A DNA stretch of 64,000 bases from the human T2T-CHM13v2.0 reference genome, Homo sapiens (GCF_009914755.1 NC_060931.1), one strand, 5' to 3'; counted from the first letter of the stretch, positions 26,795 through 42,323 are shown. The notes: generated from the letters alone by a model not told the origin. Numbers and translations: made by a program.

Positions 26795-27650
26795 TTTTTA
26801 ATTTTTATTTTAGGTTCAAGGGTACATGTAAAGGTTTGTAATGTACGTAAACTCGTGTCACAGGGGCTTATTGTAACAGATTATTTTATCACCCAGGTAT
26901 TAAGCCAAGTACCAAATAGTTATTTTTTCTGACCCTCTCCACCCTCTCACCCTCCACCCTCATGTAGACCCCATTGTCTGTTGTTCCCTTCTTTGTGTTT
27001 ATGAGTTTTCATCACTTAGCTCCCACTTGTAAATGAGAACATGCAGTATTTGATGTTCTCTTCCTTTGTTAGTTTGCTAATGATCATAGCAAACTACAGC
27101 TTCACCCATGTTCCCACAAAAGACATAATCCATTCTTTTTTATAGCTTCACAGTATTCCCAGTTGTATATGTACCACATTTTCTTTATCCAATCTGTCAT
27201 TGACAGACATTTAGGTCAATTCCATGTCTTTGCTATTGTGAATAGTGAGGCCACGAACATTTGTGTGCATGTGTCTTTAGGGTAGAATGATTAATATTCC
27301 TCTGGATATATACCCAGTAATGGGATTCCTAGGTCAAATGGTAGTCCTGTTTTTAGCTCTTTAAGGAATCACCATACTGCTTTCCACAATGGTTGAACAG
27401 ATTTACACTCCCACCAACAGTATGTAAGTGTTCCTTTTTCTCCACAACATCACCAGTATCTGTTATTTTTTGTACTTTTTGTAATTGCCATTCTGATTGG
27501 TGTGAGATGGTATCTCATTGTGGTTTTGATTTGCATTTCTCTAATGATCAGTAATATTAAGCGTTTTTCATACGTTTGTTGGCTGGATGTATGTCTTCTT
27601 TTGAAAAGTGCCTGTTCACGTTCTTTGCCCATTTTTAATAGGGTTATTTT
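26795..27650 (-). mobile_element. 5'-truncated L1 (L1PA13-15-like), ~850 bp
   Basis: 3' UTR GGTACATGT...TAAACTCGTGTCACAGGGG...GATTATTTTATCACCCAGG. ORF2 C-terminal fragment ([17 protein letters not shown]) at 27450-27632. Confidence 0.93.
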
Positions 27651-28797
27651 AAAAACCCTTCATTTAAACATTGTGTTATGTCCATTGGTCATCCACCTGA
27701 AGAAATATATAGGTATCTTTAACATGTGATTTATAATTCTCCTATTTCACAAGATGCAGTTGTGTATGTTTTCATAAGATTTCAAAACCTGAAGAGGAGC
27801 AACTGTAAAAGTCAAATTGTTGCACATTTTATAGGATAATTTGATTTTGATCTGCATAGGAACAAGAATTCTAGCAGAACTGTTGAAGTTTTTAAAATTC
27901 TGTTGTCCTTATTTTCCTCCCACTTCTGTGTTTTAAACTTTAATATTTTGAGGTGAGGAAATGATTATTTTATGCACATTTGAGGTACTTTGTCTTACTT
28001 TCCTGGGCTTCTTGATTTTGTGAGCAGTTTTGTCTTTTCCCAGGACTTAGGTCATGTAGTTTGCCCTCATAAATATTTAAATAGGCATTAATAATATTAT
28101 TCACATATATTTAATAGCAGCGCTTCATAAAAGTAGAGCTGCTGCCACCTATAAATCTAAGTGACACCTTTTGATGGATAGTGTTTTGAGAGGAGCTGTA
28201 AAGAACAAAGTAGCAGGCTGACAGCTGCAGTAAAGCAAGCATACCTTCGTCCCAGGACAGGCCAGTGGTTGCCACTGGAGGTACAGTCTCCAGGTGGTTT
28301 CATTTATCTCTCTGATACCTTTCAAATACCTCTCTAGCAAAATGCCTCAAGCCAAAACACTCAGATTTCCAGGTGTGGTCTTATTAGGAGGATACTGTAG
28401 AGGTGTGCACAGCATTTTCAGGAAATAGTTCCAAAAAATCATATTTTTAGGGGAATAGTTTAATCATTTGCCTTCCAAAAGTTGTCTTCCAACAACTTCA
28501 GTTAATCTTGTGTGGTCTGAATCATTCAGTATCCATCAAACATTCAGGATCAAAAGGAAATTATCTTTAATCATGCTTTCCACTCTAAGAATAATCAGAT
28601 TATAGGGACTCAATTTTAAACTTAAATTCTAATGGAAATGAAATGTATAGAATAGTTTACCAGAATTATTTTTATTTGCTAAATGAAACCTGTTCAAACA
28701 AAAATCTCCCTGTGGAAACATTTATGGTGCCTATGAGTGTTTCCTCATGTTCCCCCAAAATATGCTTTACTGGTAGCCAAGAATGAAAAGTAAAATC

Positions 28798-28828
28798 ACA
28801 CACACACACAAACACACACACACACACA
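28798..28828. repeat. Interrupted (CA)n microsatellite
   Basis: CA run with a single AA interruption. Confidence 0.9.
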
Positions 28829-30925
28829 AATGTACTTTCTCTCCATGAAAGTAACAGGATTCACAATTATATTGCATGATAATCGTCCACACATATTACA
28901 AAGAACAGACAGGCAAAATCGCTTGCTGAATGTAATCTCCTCTAGTTTCTTTCTCCTTCTCCCTATGGATGTGCTCTAGTCAGTGTGTGTTTTGCAGCTG
29001 TATCTGCTCCAATGTGGGGGAAGCTGGGAAAAGATATTAAAGAGCTTAAAGAAGAGAAGGAAAAGGTGAATGGAGATGGATGGTTTCTGTTTTGAATTAA
29101 TAGAAAAACTAGCAGAGGACCATTTCTCCCACCTGTATCTATATCAGTGCCATTTATTCCAATATGGAAATAATCTAAACTGATGTACACAGAGAAATAA
29201 AAAGGAAAACAAAATAATCTATGGCCAGGCAAGTAAAATAATATCCTAATTTACTCATTTCAAACTATGAAAAACCACACAACTAGAGAAGCACTGTCAC
29301 TCTTCTCTCTCTTATCTCTGACTTATTTGTTATCTGTATTATGTGCTTTCCCTCCTTTTGTCTTTCTTAATTCATTACCTTTTCTTTTTTATCCATTTGC
29401 CAACCCTATGAATGGGTGGTCTGTTCCATGTTTCTAGACAAAATATTCTTGCTTAGATGTGATGGGTGACATAAGGTTTGTGTATTCAAATACCATTTTA
29501 TGCACTGTTCCACACTTCCCATCCTCAGGATCATTAGTCACAGTATGTGTTCTACGCCATGCACAGAACGTCTCAGCTGATAATGACAATAGTCAAGGAG
29601 CATTTTGAGTCTTTTTCTTTTACTAACAAAGTATCAATATCCCCCACAATTTTTCCCTTGTGATTCTACTCTTTCCAAAGTGTAAGTCTTAATATACAAG
29701 CAACATTGATCTCTTTAGAATTCCCAAAATGCGTTTTAGTAAACTGACAGTTTTCCAGGATTAACAAAAAGAAAGCTTATTTTGTTTAAAACTGAGTTTA
29801 GCGATGAAAAATTGTAAACAGGCTAGAATTTTCAGATATATTATTTCAAATTGATTCCACTTTAATTATGCATGTCATCTGCAGAATAGCATAGTATACA
29901 AATTTGACAAAAGGAGAAAATTATCATAATTAAGTCTCAGGATTAAATGTAAATTATTTTATTGATATAAATTATTAATTTTTATAATAACAATTAGATA
30001 AAATTTTAACACATCCTTGAGGGAAAAAAGCTAACATCATTTTAGGGTGATATTTACATAGTCAATATAAGACTGCCATAGATTTTTATGAAGGCTTCAA
30101 AAAAAATCCCAAGAGAATTTAGAATTCTTGGTATGTTGATTTGTTGAAATCTTAAGAAGAGAACATGAAAATTACACAATAGTGGAACTAAATCGAGATT
30201 ATAAATTTTAATATAATTTGAAATTCCAGTTTATCAAAAATGCTTTTATAATGTTCTGTGATCTACTTGGTCCCCAGCCACTTATTTCACTTGGACAATA
30301 AGCATTTTGGTAACTATTCCTCAAAATGTTCCCTTTTGGATCATGCCTCCTGGTATTCACACTCCTCCTCCAATATGAAATCTTCTCTGGCCCCATGTAA
30401 CTAAAAAATTGTGGCATAAATAATGCTGCATGAGTTTTAGGCTAGCTTTTAAGCTCTGAAACTTCTATCTTGCAATACTCATTTGTTGTAATACACATGT
30501 AAAAAGTCTAACAATAATAAAATCACCAGGCTAAAGAGGGGAGGATGCCACGTTGAAAAACAGCTACTTACGTCCAGGTACAAAGCATGGGAGTAAAAGA
30601 AATATCTTGGATATTCCAGCTTCAGCACATCTCAAAGGGAGAAAAAAACTAAAGCTGCAAACTTATGGTCCTATGCAAGCTGTCCCAGCCATCTCCAGAC
30701 ATTGACCTTTACTACTTTTGCTAAGGCCCCAGAAAGAAAGCTATCCCTACCAGGATGGTTTGATTCCTACCCCACGGAATTATAAGCAAAATTAAATAGT
30801 TTTTATTTTATGTCACTAAATGTTGCATTAGTTCATTATGCAGTGATAAATAACTGGAACAGATTTTGGTTTCTAGATGTGGAATAGTTGCATGAAAAAT
30901 AAACAATAAATAAATAAAATAAAAT

Positions 30926-31353
<428 letters not shown>

Positions 31354-31548
31354 TTATCAAAAGCTGGAGACAAGGCACAAATTATGCTACACAATGACAG
31401 AATTTTAGAAACTGTTATCCATGGTAAAAAAGGATTATAATGATCTTGAGGCTAATTAAGGATATTTCATCACTAAATATCAAAAATTATAATCTTTTTT
31501 TGGATGTGTATAATATAGAAGAGAAAGAGGTTTTATAGAAAAAGTTTT

Positions 31549-31890
31549 CACCCTCTGTTTCTTTGAGTTTGACTTGTTTTAATATACAGAGGCTGTGAAT
31601 GGGGGGATTGAAGAGATATTGATCAAAGGACACAACATTTCAGTTACGCAAGAGAAATAAGTTCAAAAAATCTATTGTATATCATGGTGACCACAGTTAA
31701 TAACAATATATTGTATATTTGAAAATTGCTGAGAATGGATTTTGATTATTCTCACCACAAAAATATGTGAGGTAATGTGTATGTTCAATAGCTTGATTTA
31801 GCCATTCCACAGTGTATACACATAACAAACCATCATGTTTTACACATAAATATATGCAATTTTTACTTGTCAATAATTTTTTTTGAAAAG
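31549..31890 (+). mobile_element. L1MA 3' end with short 5' inversion
   Basis: Sense 3' UTR 31586-31875 (GTTAATAACAATATATTGTATA...TTCTCACCACAAAA...TAGCTTGATTTAGCCATTCCAC). Antisense piece at 31549-31585. Confidence 0.85.
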
Positions 31891-34011
31891 GAAAAAGAAT
31901 TTTTTCAGTTTTTAAAGATAATTTAGAGGATATGTATAGAAACCAGGGCTTTATGGACTCAAAAATAAAGATCTTCCTTATCCCCACCAAAATATTCTTA
32001 AACTAAGAAATGGATGAAGATAAAATCCAAAGTTAGGTTCTTTGTAAGGATTAAAAGTGCTGCCCTATAAAAAATTTCTGCTATTCAAATGACCTTGTAA
32101 GGGTCTTAAGGACATACCTATTGAATCTTTTGTTAAAGGCCGTGAGGACTTTAAGGGAGTTGTACCACAACAGCCTTACATAGGGCCCAAAATAGAAAAT
32201 GGCATGTCTAAAAGAGACTTGTGGTTGTGGCTTTTGTTTTATGTAATAGGCCTCAATATGACTAGTGTAAAAAACACAGAACTTTATTGGAAGAAGCATT
32301 GCCTGTTTGACTAAAAGGCCCAGAGCCAGTAAAAAATGAAATGATACTTCCTAGAGAGAGAGGTGACAAACTAGATCTCAGAAATTCCTGCCATCCCAGT
32401 CCAGGTGCCATACGCCATGAGTACAAACGTCCTCAGAGGTCACAGCCTCAGTCTCCATCTAACTGCAACCTAATTGTATGAGGGACCCTAAGTGGGAATC
32501 ACCCAGCTGAGCCTGTCATTCCAAAATTGTGAGTGATAATAATACATTGTTGTTTTAAAACAATAAGATTTTGAGGAGGTTTGTTATACAGTATCAGATA
32601 ATGAGAATGAGAATTATCTCTTGAACAACCTTTACTAAAACTTAATTGGTAATATGGAAAAATTATAAAATCCATTAGAATAGATATTTTAATGCCTATC
32701 TGAAAACTTAGTGTATACAAATTTGAAAATTATGTTTTTCATGGTGTTAGTGAGTTATTCAAAAGCAATAGAAGCATTCCCTGATTAAGTTTGAATGATG
32801 TGGAAGGAGGGGAAAGAGGGGGTTGAAATAGCATGAAGAATCTTTTCCAAACATTTTTGACCAACAAAAGCCTTTTTCAAGATGCATTTCATGATTTTAA
32901 TGTTATTATTTGAAATAAACATTAACAAACACTGCTATCATTTCTGGGTCACAACATACAGTGAGTACATGAGCACTGTTTAAAAGCTGGAGATGACATG
33001 GTAAAGGAGATGAAGTCTTTAGACTTAAGTAACTTACATTTTATCAAGGTATACTATGTTTAATCAAAGCTAAATTGACCTTTTAAGCAAATTTATCAAT
33101 GTCAACTCTAATCTTAACATACAATCCAGTCATAAGCTTAAGGAAGACTTAAAACATGTTAGTCCTACATGTTATAGCAGAAAAATACATATCATGTGTT
33201 CTAATTCTGGCTCTATTGCTAGCATCTTCAGGTGTCAATTTTACCTATAATATGAGATAATTAGACTAAATTATCTCCAGTATTTCACTCACATCCAGGA
33301 GTTTTAGGGCAACTAAATTTCTATACACAATGTCTGTGGAACTCATATCTTTGAATGGTACTAAATATTTTTTTAGGGTGGCTGATATTGCACAATAGCA
33401 TTTAAGATTATCTTTGTTTTGATTCTTTCCAAAAAATTACTTTAAAATTTATCACAACAAAAGTAATGTATACCATTCCAAAAGATCATACCTGCTAATA
33501 CCAAATGAGCCAGTCCAAAAGAATATTTGCCATATCAGTCAAGAATCTCCAAAATTGGAAAGCATCAAAATCTCTGATTTTGTTGAATACTATTCAATTA
33601 TTATTTCATGTACTCTACTTCAATTTCAGCATGAATCGCAATGTTTTTGGAATTTGAGTTGAGAATATTAGCCTATATATTAATTATCTTAACCTAGCTG
33701 CACAACTTACCTTTAAAACTTGAGAAAAGAATAGATAAAGGCGAGATGGGCAAGACTGCCAGTCTGCATGTTAGCCAAATTGTAAAAGGTCTATATAGAA
33801 CCTAAGTGTAAATGAAAGTAAAAGTCATGTTAGATGGCTATATGTGAAATTTGAAATGCAAAATGTACACAATGTTTTTCTACACATTTTTATACCAATA
33901 GAGTGTTGGCATTTACAAATGTTTTGGAAGTTTTTATATAGTAATTTTTTTTCTCAAATGAAACCAATTTTAGAGTCCAGTATATTCTAAACACAGATTT
34001 AAAATATCCCT

Positions 34012-34490
34012 GCTTTGGTGCTTAATGTTAGATGTCAGATTGACCGGATTAAGGAATACTTAGAAACCTGGTAAAGCACTATTTTTCAGTGCATCTATGA
34101 GGGTACTTCCAGAAAAGATTAGCATGTTAGTGTGAGTGAAAAGGCAGGGAAGATCCGCGGTCAATGTTTATGGCACTATTCAACTGGCCTGGGACCCAAA
34201 GAGAACAAAAACAGAGGAAAGAGGAAGATGTCTATCTATCTTCTGGAGCTGGTATACACTCTTCTTTTCCTGTCTTTAAACATCAGAATTCCAGGGTCCC
34301 AAACCTTTGGACACCAAGACTTACACCAGCTAGCATTCATTCTTAGACTAAGAATTATACTATCAAATCCCCTGGTCCTGACTCCTTTGGATTTGGGCTG
34401 AGCCACGCTACTGACATCCCAGAATCTCCAGCTTGCAGATGGCCTGTCATGGAACTACTCAGTCTCCATTATCATGTGAGCAAATGAGCC
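34012..34490 (+). mobile_element. MLT2 (ERVL) LTR, 3' end missing
   Basis: TTAATGTTAGATGTCAGATTGACCGGATTAAGGAATAC...TCTCCAGCTTGCAGATGGCCTGTCATGG...ATCATGTGAG. Confidence 0.8.
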
Positions 34491-35451
34491 CTCAGATCTA
34501 GTCACTTTCAATAACACTTCCCTGTGATCTGAAATTGAATGAGAAAAAGAAACAATGTGTTTGTCATAGGTATGTTTTTTATAATGTGCTCTATTCAATT
34601 TCCAAGTAAATATTTTATTCACTTTTATTAGTTTGCAGTCAACTCCAATACAAAGAATTCAACTGGGAATCACTGTGTTTATAAAATCGTAGAGTTGGAA
34701 AAGCCATTGCGGGTACTGTTCTCCAAATTTCTACTCAGTGCAGCCTTTTCAATTGCATTGCTTCTGCATCTCATCATTCTCAGGTATCATGCAAGCCCTA
34801 GATCTTTTCCTAAGCATTAGAATCTCCTCCCTACACTATTGAAAAACTTCATGCTAAGCCACTTCATACAAGGTGACTGAAAACCTACTTTTAATAATTT
34901 ACCCTCAAAAGGATCAGGGATCCCAGATTAAGATTATTACCCTTCCCATTTTAAAACCAAGAAGTTTGAGAGATTTGATAACACTCATGCTGTCTCCTTA
35001 TATAGTGTCTAAACTTAAGGTAGATTAGAAGTTCCTTTAAAGGTATAAAAATGTTACATTACTAAAATTCTAATCTAAAAGCCCAAGTTACAGTAGGCAT
35101 AATGAAAGAAGAAAAATAGTAACTGTAAAAACAAATACGTTTTCCCTTCTTTTTACTCACTATATTTTTTTCTATTGTTATGTCTCCATTCATTCATTTT
35201 CAATTTAGCTCCTTTCCCACTACCTAAATCAATCTACTCTTATTCTGTAGCTTCTGCATCATATCAAACATGTGATTCTATATTATAACAGACAAAGGAT
35301 AAAATGGCTCATCAAGTCTAAGTTAATGAACCACCAGAGAATTTTCTTATAAATAAAGAACTGAAAGATGGCCAGGAAGTAATTGCATTTTTACCCTCTC
35401 ATATATCACTCCATTTTTCTTAATAAACTGTTTTCTATGACCGCAATAATC

Positions 35452-35812
35452 TGTATTGGTTCATTTTCACACTGCTGATAACAACATACCTGAGACTGGG
35501 TAATTTATAAAGAAAAAGAGGCTTAATGGACTCACAGTTCCACGTGGCTCGGGAGGACTCACAACCATGGTGGAAGGTGAAAGGCATGTCTTACATGGTG
35601 GCAGACAAGAGAGAATGAGAGCCAAGCAAAGGGGGAAACCCCTTATAAAATCATCAGATCTCATGAGACTTATTCACTACTAGGAGAGCAGTACAGGAGA
35701 AACTGCCCCATGATTCAATTATCTCCCACCAGGTCCCTCCCACAACACGTGGGAATTATGGGAGCTACAATTCAAGATGAGATTTAGGTGGGAACAAAAC
35801 CAAACCATATCA
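35452..35812 (-). mobile_element. THE1C solo LTR (MaLR)
   Basis: TGTATT...CAAACCATATCA termini, 361 bp. GAGCCAAGCAAAGGGGGAAACCCCTTATAAAA is THE1C-like. Confidence 0.92.
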
Positions 35813-36911
35813 ATATTATAATGTTTTACGGATAGTTATCTGTGAATATTTCATGGTAACTATACTAATTGCAACATAAAGAACAGCAAGTGTGTCCAAA
35901 GTACAGACAATTTCACAAACCAGGTCAGCACCATGAAGTGACAATGATTCTGAAATTCAAGTTTACACATTAGCATGCTCTTAGGAAAACTCCAATTTGA
36001 AGATAAAATTAAGTATAGGAAACTAACTGTTGTAATCAATATTAGTATTCTAATAAGGTTATGCTCATAAGAAAAGCTAATCTACTGAGAAAAGTAATTA
36101 TATATTTGAGAAACTGACTGAGAAAAATAACCTATGCATATGTCCCAAATTTTAAACCACCATGTTTCTTCTTTCTAATGGATTATGACATATTTATGTA
36201 GCTCCAGAAACATCTACTGCCCAGAAATATTAATGTAATCATTACCAAAATATTCTTGACAAGGAACTGAGAGTTTAGAATGACCAAATATTTATGTCAT
36301 ATCCAACTTTATTGCTTGAAAATGGACATAGCAAGTGCACAATATTAATGTCAGTCTAACAAGATTATATAAAGATTAAAACAAAAATCCTTCATCTGAC
36401 CATATTTAGTTTATCATTTCTAACAATTGGCTTTCAGGCTAGCCAAATGATTTCCTCTCTTCACCAATATTATGTCCTTCATATTCTTATAAGCAGGTAT
36501 GTTGTTTAATAAGTCTTTCCATATTTCCTTGTAATATTTTGTTATAAATTGAATCATCTATTAGTCATTTCCATGAGTCCTGTACACATTCCTCACCATT
36601 TGTCAACACCAGTAAGAATAACCTCAGCACTTTACACTTGGCCTTACCTAGCTTCATTAAGATTGTCACCTACCTCCCCTGAACTCACAGACCTAGTTAA
36701 CATGGTATCAAACACAACAAATGGATTCTTCTCTTCATATATAATTAGCTACCTGCTCTCATTGTGATTTCAACATCTGATTTTGATCATTACAATGTTT
36801 TTAGTATAGAGTACACAAACTATGTATTTTACAAACTAATAACAATTTTTTCTGTTACTGTATGATATCTGTCAAGTTGTTTCTTCTAATAATATAAAAG
36901 AAAATCAATTT

Positions 36912-37585
36912 TATCTTAGTCCCTCCGGGCTGCTAGAACAAAATGCTATAAATCAGGTTGCTTAAAAAAAACAGCAATTTATTTTTTACAGTTCTGGAAG
37001 CTTGGATGTTCAAGATCAATGTGCAAAAAGATTCAGTGTCTATTAAGGGCCAACTTTCTCGTTCACAGACATTACTTTCTCACTGTCTTTCTCATGGTAG
37101 AAGGAGCTAGATAGCTCTCTGAGGTCTCTTTTAAAAGCACAGTAATACCAATCATGAGGGCTCTGTCCTCTCAAAAGCCCTATCTCCTACTATCATTACC
37201 TTGAGGATTAGGATTTCAACATATAATTTTTTTATTGTTGTTGTTGTTTTTTTTCCCGAGATGGAGTCTCATTCTGTCTCCCAGGCTGGAGTGTGGTGGC
37301 TTGATCTTGGCTCACTGCAACATCCGCCTCCTAGTTTCAACTGATTTCCCGCCTCAGCCTCCCGAGTAGCTGGGATTACAAGCACCCACTACCACGCTGG
37401 GCTAATTTTTTTGTATTTTTAGTAGAGACGGGGTTTTACCATGTTGGCCAGGCTGGTTTCGAACTCCTGACCTCCAGTGATTCACCTGCCTCAGCCTCCC
37501 AAACTGCTAGGATTACAGGTGTGAGCCACCGCACCTGGCCTCAACATATGAATTTGGAGGGGACACAGATATTCAGGTCATAGCA
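36912..37585 (-). mobile_element. MLT1A-type solo LTR interrupted by Alu
   Basis: TCTTAGTCC...GGGCTGCTA...CAGTTCTGGAAG...GGATTAGGATTTCAACAT [Alu] ATTCAGGTCATAGCA. Confidence 0.85.
37230..37540 (-). mobile_element. AluS (Sx/Sz-like)
   Basis: Reverse dimeric Alu. TSD TCAACATAT(G)AATTT at 37216 and 37541. Confidence 0.95.
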
Positions 37586-40500
37586 ATTTTCTGATATAAA
37601 AGTAGGAATATTACTGTTAAACAAAATTTTGAAAGACCTATAATAGTTAAGAACAAACATAGTAGCAAAAGGGCTAATTCTTGCCTATTATTCTACTCTC
37701 TAAATTTTGAGAATCAAAACTTTTCAAATATCCTTTTATAAAACAAAGAACGAAACATTGCTACTCAATATATATGTGAAATTTATTTCAAACTAAAACT
37801 ATCTTAATTCTCACACTAGAGCTTTACTTCAGTAAAACGGAAAATGATTTTTTAAGTTTTCCATCCATACAGAGAAATCATGGCTTATATAACAAGAAAA
37901 ACATTACAGAAAATCTCTGTTATAATTTCAAATTCATGCAAATGGTAGGCTCTCATTGCTTCACCATGTTATGCTCTTTTCTCTTTTTGAATATTTTCTC
38001 TTATTCACCACCCACCACCATCTATCAAACTATCGATCTTCCAAGATCAATTCAAATGTCAGCTTCTCTATAAAGTTGTTCTGCAATTCTAGCCAGAATA
38101 AATTATTTCTGAAACTATGATTTGATAGCACTTTTTATGGTTATGTAGAAACATTATTCTCCTCTATTAAAACATAAATTCTGTCATTAACAGAGTCTAT
38201 ACCTTACTAATTTTGTAGCTTAGTAACAGCTAGCACAAATATGTAGTCATCCAACTATCAGTATATTTCTAGAGCTACAGAGTCAGGGATAATAGCGTGG
38301 TTAAGTACCCAGCATAAGAATAAAAAGGGGGAAAAGTCCATATCAGGGTCCATGAGTTTGGTGAGCAGGTGCCCCTAAACATGAATATGTCCCATACCAA
38401 AGCTGGAATAAAAGTTTGTGATATTAACATGAAGTAATCTCTACATTTTGTTTTGTTGTTTTTTGTTTTGGTCTCTAGTAGCCATCTCCATTTGATCCAA
38501 AAAATTTGGCACCACCTTTTCTCTAGAGTAAGAGTTGGAACTAAGTAAGTTGTTGATAAAATGCTATTTTAGAGCCACAAGGTGGGGGGACGGGTGCAAA
38601 TTATTGATTTCTGACTTTAAAACTGTAGCCCATAGGTAAAATCAAAATACCGGAAAAACGATGTAATCCTAGAAAAAAATGTCTTGTCCCGTGAACTTAA
38701 TCCTCAACTTCTGAGATTCTTAAACTCTTGTTGAGTTGGGGAGAGAGGACAGGATTTGTAGACGTGAAGGAAAACAATCAGTTTTGAACACGGAGGGGAC
38801 TTGTGGCTCTCAGATGAAGACATTCGTTCAAGTTTGAGAATGAAAATGTGAACAGAATGTGAACTTCTTGTTTACATCGGAATTTGGCAGCCACACCTAA
38901 GGTTGAAGTGACAGCAGCAGAGATAGCAGTGGGTGGATTTAGTCAAATGACTGCTGAGTGCAGCCCATTGAAATTTCCAGAGACATTCAGTGGCATCAGT
39001 TGTCATCAAAGTCCATGAGTTGTTCCCTTTTAATTATCTCAGTTGACCTAGAAGGAGGGGGTACACACTCCTTCTGCTATACAGTGTGGCAACAGATATT
39101 GGAAGTTCCAGAGAAATTCTCCATCCTATTTGTCTAATATCTTTCAGGCCCTCAAGCTGAGTGATGTAAGATGATTTTATAAGGCTTATTTCTGAATCAA
39201 TGTGATGTTCAAACATGTTATGATGAAGTTCTACTAATCTGGTTTGCAAACCTTCCACAATATTTCTTATGTAGCTCCTAAATGTGTGATGGCTAGAATG
39301 TGTGATTTTTTTATTCCATGAAAAATTACTAAAATGTCAAGGAATGTATTCCAAAGATGTTTTTCCTTTTCCTTTTCTTTTCATCTTTTTCTCTAAATTT
39401 CAACAATATAGACACATTGAATCCAAGAAACACTGACATCACATTTCTCCACATGCTTACAAATGATAGCTAGGGAACAATAAGCATGTTTAGAAATATT
39501 TGGGAAAGGCAGAGAGGGGCTGGCTGGAAGTGATTTAAAGATTTATAAGATTAAAGTGATCTGAAGAGTTTAATAATATGAGTTAGGGAGTGGAATTCAA
39601 TAACAATATGGCTCAACTTGCTCACATGCTGTGTCTTGCATTTCTTGACATTAACAATCTTTACTTTGTCCACTGTAAAATCATGAATGTTTGGTTACTC
39701 AAATGATTTTTCCAAATTCCCTCGGCTCTCCTCTATCCAATTATTTTTATAATACAGTGCCTTGAATATCTTAATGGAGTAACTGGCACAGGCTCTCCTC
39801 TCTGTTAATATTGGATCATCAAACACCTTCATCGCTACAACAGGCTTAGGGAGACAATTAGAGTAAATATTTTTGCAAGATGCTTGAAGTGAAATAACTT
39901 TGAGTTATTCTTTATATAAACTGATCTATTTAGGGCTTCCTAATGAAAAGAAGGAATGTGCATTGAATATAGAAAAGCAAGCTACTGTTGGGAACAAAAA
40001 TGTACTTTCACAAGTGTCATATTTTAATCAAGCTTCTAGAGAAAAATGATATTTTTCTCCTTATTTAAACATATTATCACACCCACACATGTGTCTGCCA
40101 CTATAGAGGATTTCAGTTGTGACTGTTCATTTTGACTATTTAGCCCTAGTGCCTTGGGTTATCACTCACATGGACAGTATTCTTATTGTCTTGGCTAGAA
40201 ACCACATTTTTTACTTTTAACAAAGGTCTGGTTATCTTCAAAGTGTCAAATGCTTTATACTGTGAAGAATGCTTAGCACCTGGGCTTCCAATTGAAGCTG
40301 AATACAGTGTCAGAGAAAGCTGTGATTACTGTAAGAAATTCAGGCTTCAGAATTGCTTTACTGTGGTATATCATGTTCAAGAACAGATTTTCTATATGTT
40401 CCATGAAAGTAGCTGACTATGCATTCCACCTTTATTCATAAAAATCTAGTCTGTTTTACAACTGACAGTTGAAGTTTATTCTGCTCATTTTTAAAAATTG

Positions 40501-41409
40501 CCTCTAATTAAAAATTAAATGAGAAACATACTTCTGGCCTTAAATTTCTATAGAAGACTGATGCTTCAGACATAAAAATAACTAATCATTCTATGATTCT
40601 ATGTTCCTCTTTTTCTTATTTTTTTTCTTCTTTGCTTCCTCTATGAGTAACAAACACAAAGGGCATATTCCTTTGTTTTTGTTTGTTTCATTTCACTTTG
40701 ATTTTATGGCAAGAATGGTTATCTTCCTTAGAGACTCATAAAATAATGTATTCAAGATTTTATAATAATTTCTTTAGATATACTATATATTCAAGTTTTC
40801 AAAGACATTTTCTCTTTCAAAAACAGTATCTCTTTTATTAATGAAATTCAGAATCCATAATTGATAAATTATGAATGATGAATTCAACTAAATATAAATC
40901 AAATAACATATAGGTCAAAACACATTTATGCAAACACATATGACAAACTAACACAAAATTATTTATAATACATCATAAACAAAGAGGTAATGCACTCTCT
41001 ATATAAAGAACACTATTAAATAAATTAAAAGAAGGCAAAAGGAAAAATGGAAGATGATTACTTACTGTAACAGTATATGACATATAATAAGATGATTAAA
41101 TGTTTTATGAAGCAATGGGTAAGCAAATAATTCTTTGGACAATTGTCCAAATATTTCAATTAAAAGCTTTACTTTTTCTGATATATAAATTTTCCCTTTA
41201 TATTATCACATAAATAGGAAATGTAGAATGTCTTTTCCTATTTACAAAAAAGACCAATATACAAGTGTTAACTTATGAATCACATTATCTCATTTTAGCT
41301 TAAGTTATAGCTATACTTTTATTTGTTACAGAAGAATTAAGAGACATGATAGATGATGAAGATGAAGATAGATAGATGATTACTAGATGTAAATTCAATT
41401 GTTGTTTTT

Positions 41410-41803
41410 AGTTCCTCACTGCCTTTTTCAGTTAGAAGACCTTTCAGTGCACTACCGTGGATGGAGTATATTTCTCCACTTCATCTATATTGGGCTTTGC
41501 CCATGGGAATTGCTTTGGCCAGTAGAACATTAGTTGACATGATTTAAGCAGAGAACTCAAACATGCTTGAGTGGTTTGGCATGGGTGGCTTGGCCTCCTA
41601 TGCTCCTAATACCTGGATAGCTGCTTATCAACAAGAAATGTAGAAACACACGGACCACACGTGAACCAAACCCACAGCCTTGAGCTGGAACCTAGCCTGT
41701 AACTATTATGCAGAATCATGAGCAAATGTGTGTTTGTTATTATAAACCACTGAATTTTAAGGTGATTTTCTGTACAACATTATTTCAGTATGAGTTGACC
41801 AAT
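41410..41803 (+). mobile_element. Old MLT1 (I/J-like) LTR, followed by probable MaLR internal sequence to ~43370
   Basis: GGAGTATATTTCTCCAC...TTGGGCTTTGCCCATG...TTGCTTTGGCCA...TATAAACCACTGAATTTT. AAATGGTACC internal-like start at ~41810. Confidence 0.6.
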
Positions 41804-42323
41804 TTTTTAAAATGGTACCAAAAGTAAAACACTGCCATAAACAACCCTCCCCTGCCCCAAAAGAAAATGGCTTCACAATTTGGTAGGGAGTGTTGAAGCA
41901 ACTATTAGAAAAGAATGAGAAAATTTTAACCCATATTATATGGCATCAAAATACTTTCATAAAACCATCACCTATGGAAACCTAGAAGTCAGAAAATATA
42001 TTTAATGAACTCCTGGCACTGGGCAAGTTTGTTGCCCAAATTTGGCAGTATGTCGATATCATAACTGGCTGTTATTAGTTGCATATTATGGTATCTCCAG
42101 GTGTATGAGTTCAATGAAAAACTAGCCAGTTTGCAAGCGGAATTTCAAGGAAATATAGAGATTCCCTTCCCAACAAGACTACTTTTCCAGATAACCACAG
42201 GGTAGTTAGCATTAAGTTGAGAGATGCATGAGAGAGAGAATGCAAAGAAATACTTTATGCTTGAGAATTAGTCCTAAGAAAGAACTTTTGGCATAGTTAC
42301 TTGAGAGAAACAAGTAGATCAGA

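Noticed and set aside
35447-35817. TSD for the THE1C LTR
   Set aside because: The flanking 5-mers (TAATC, ATATT) do not match, so no TSD is claimed.
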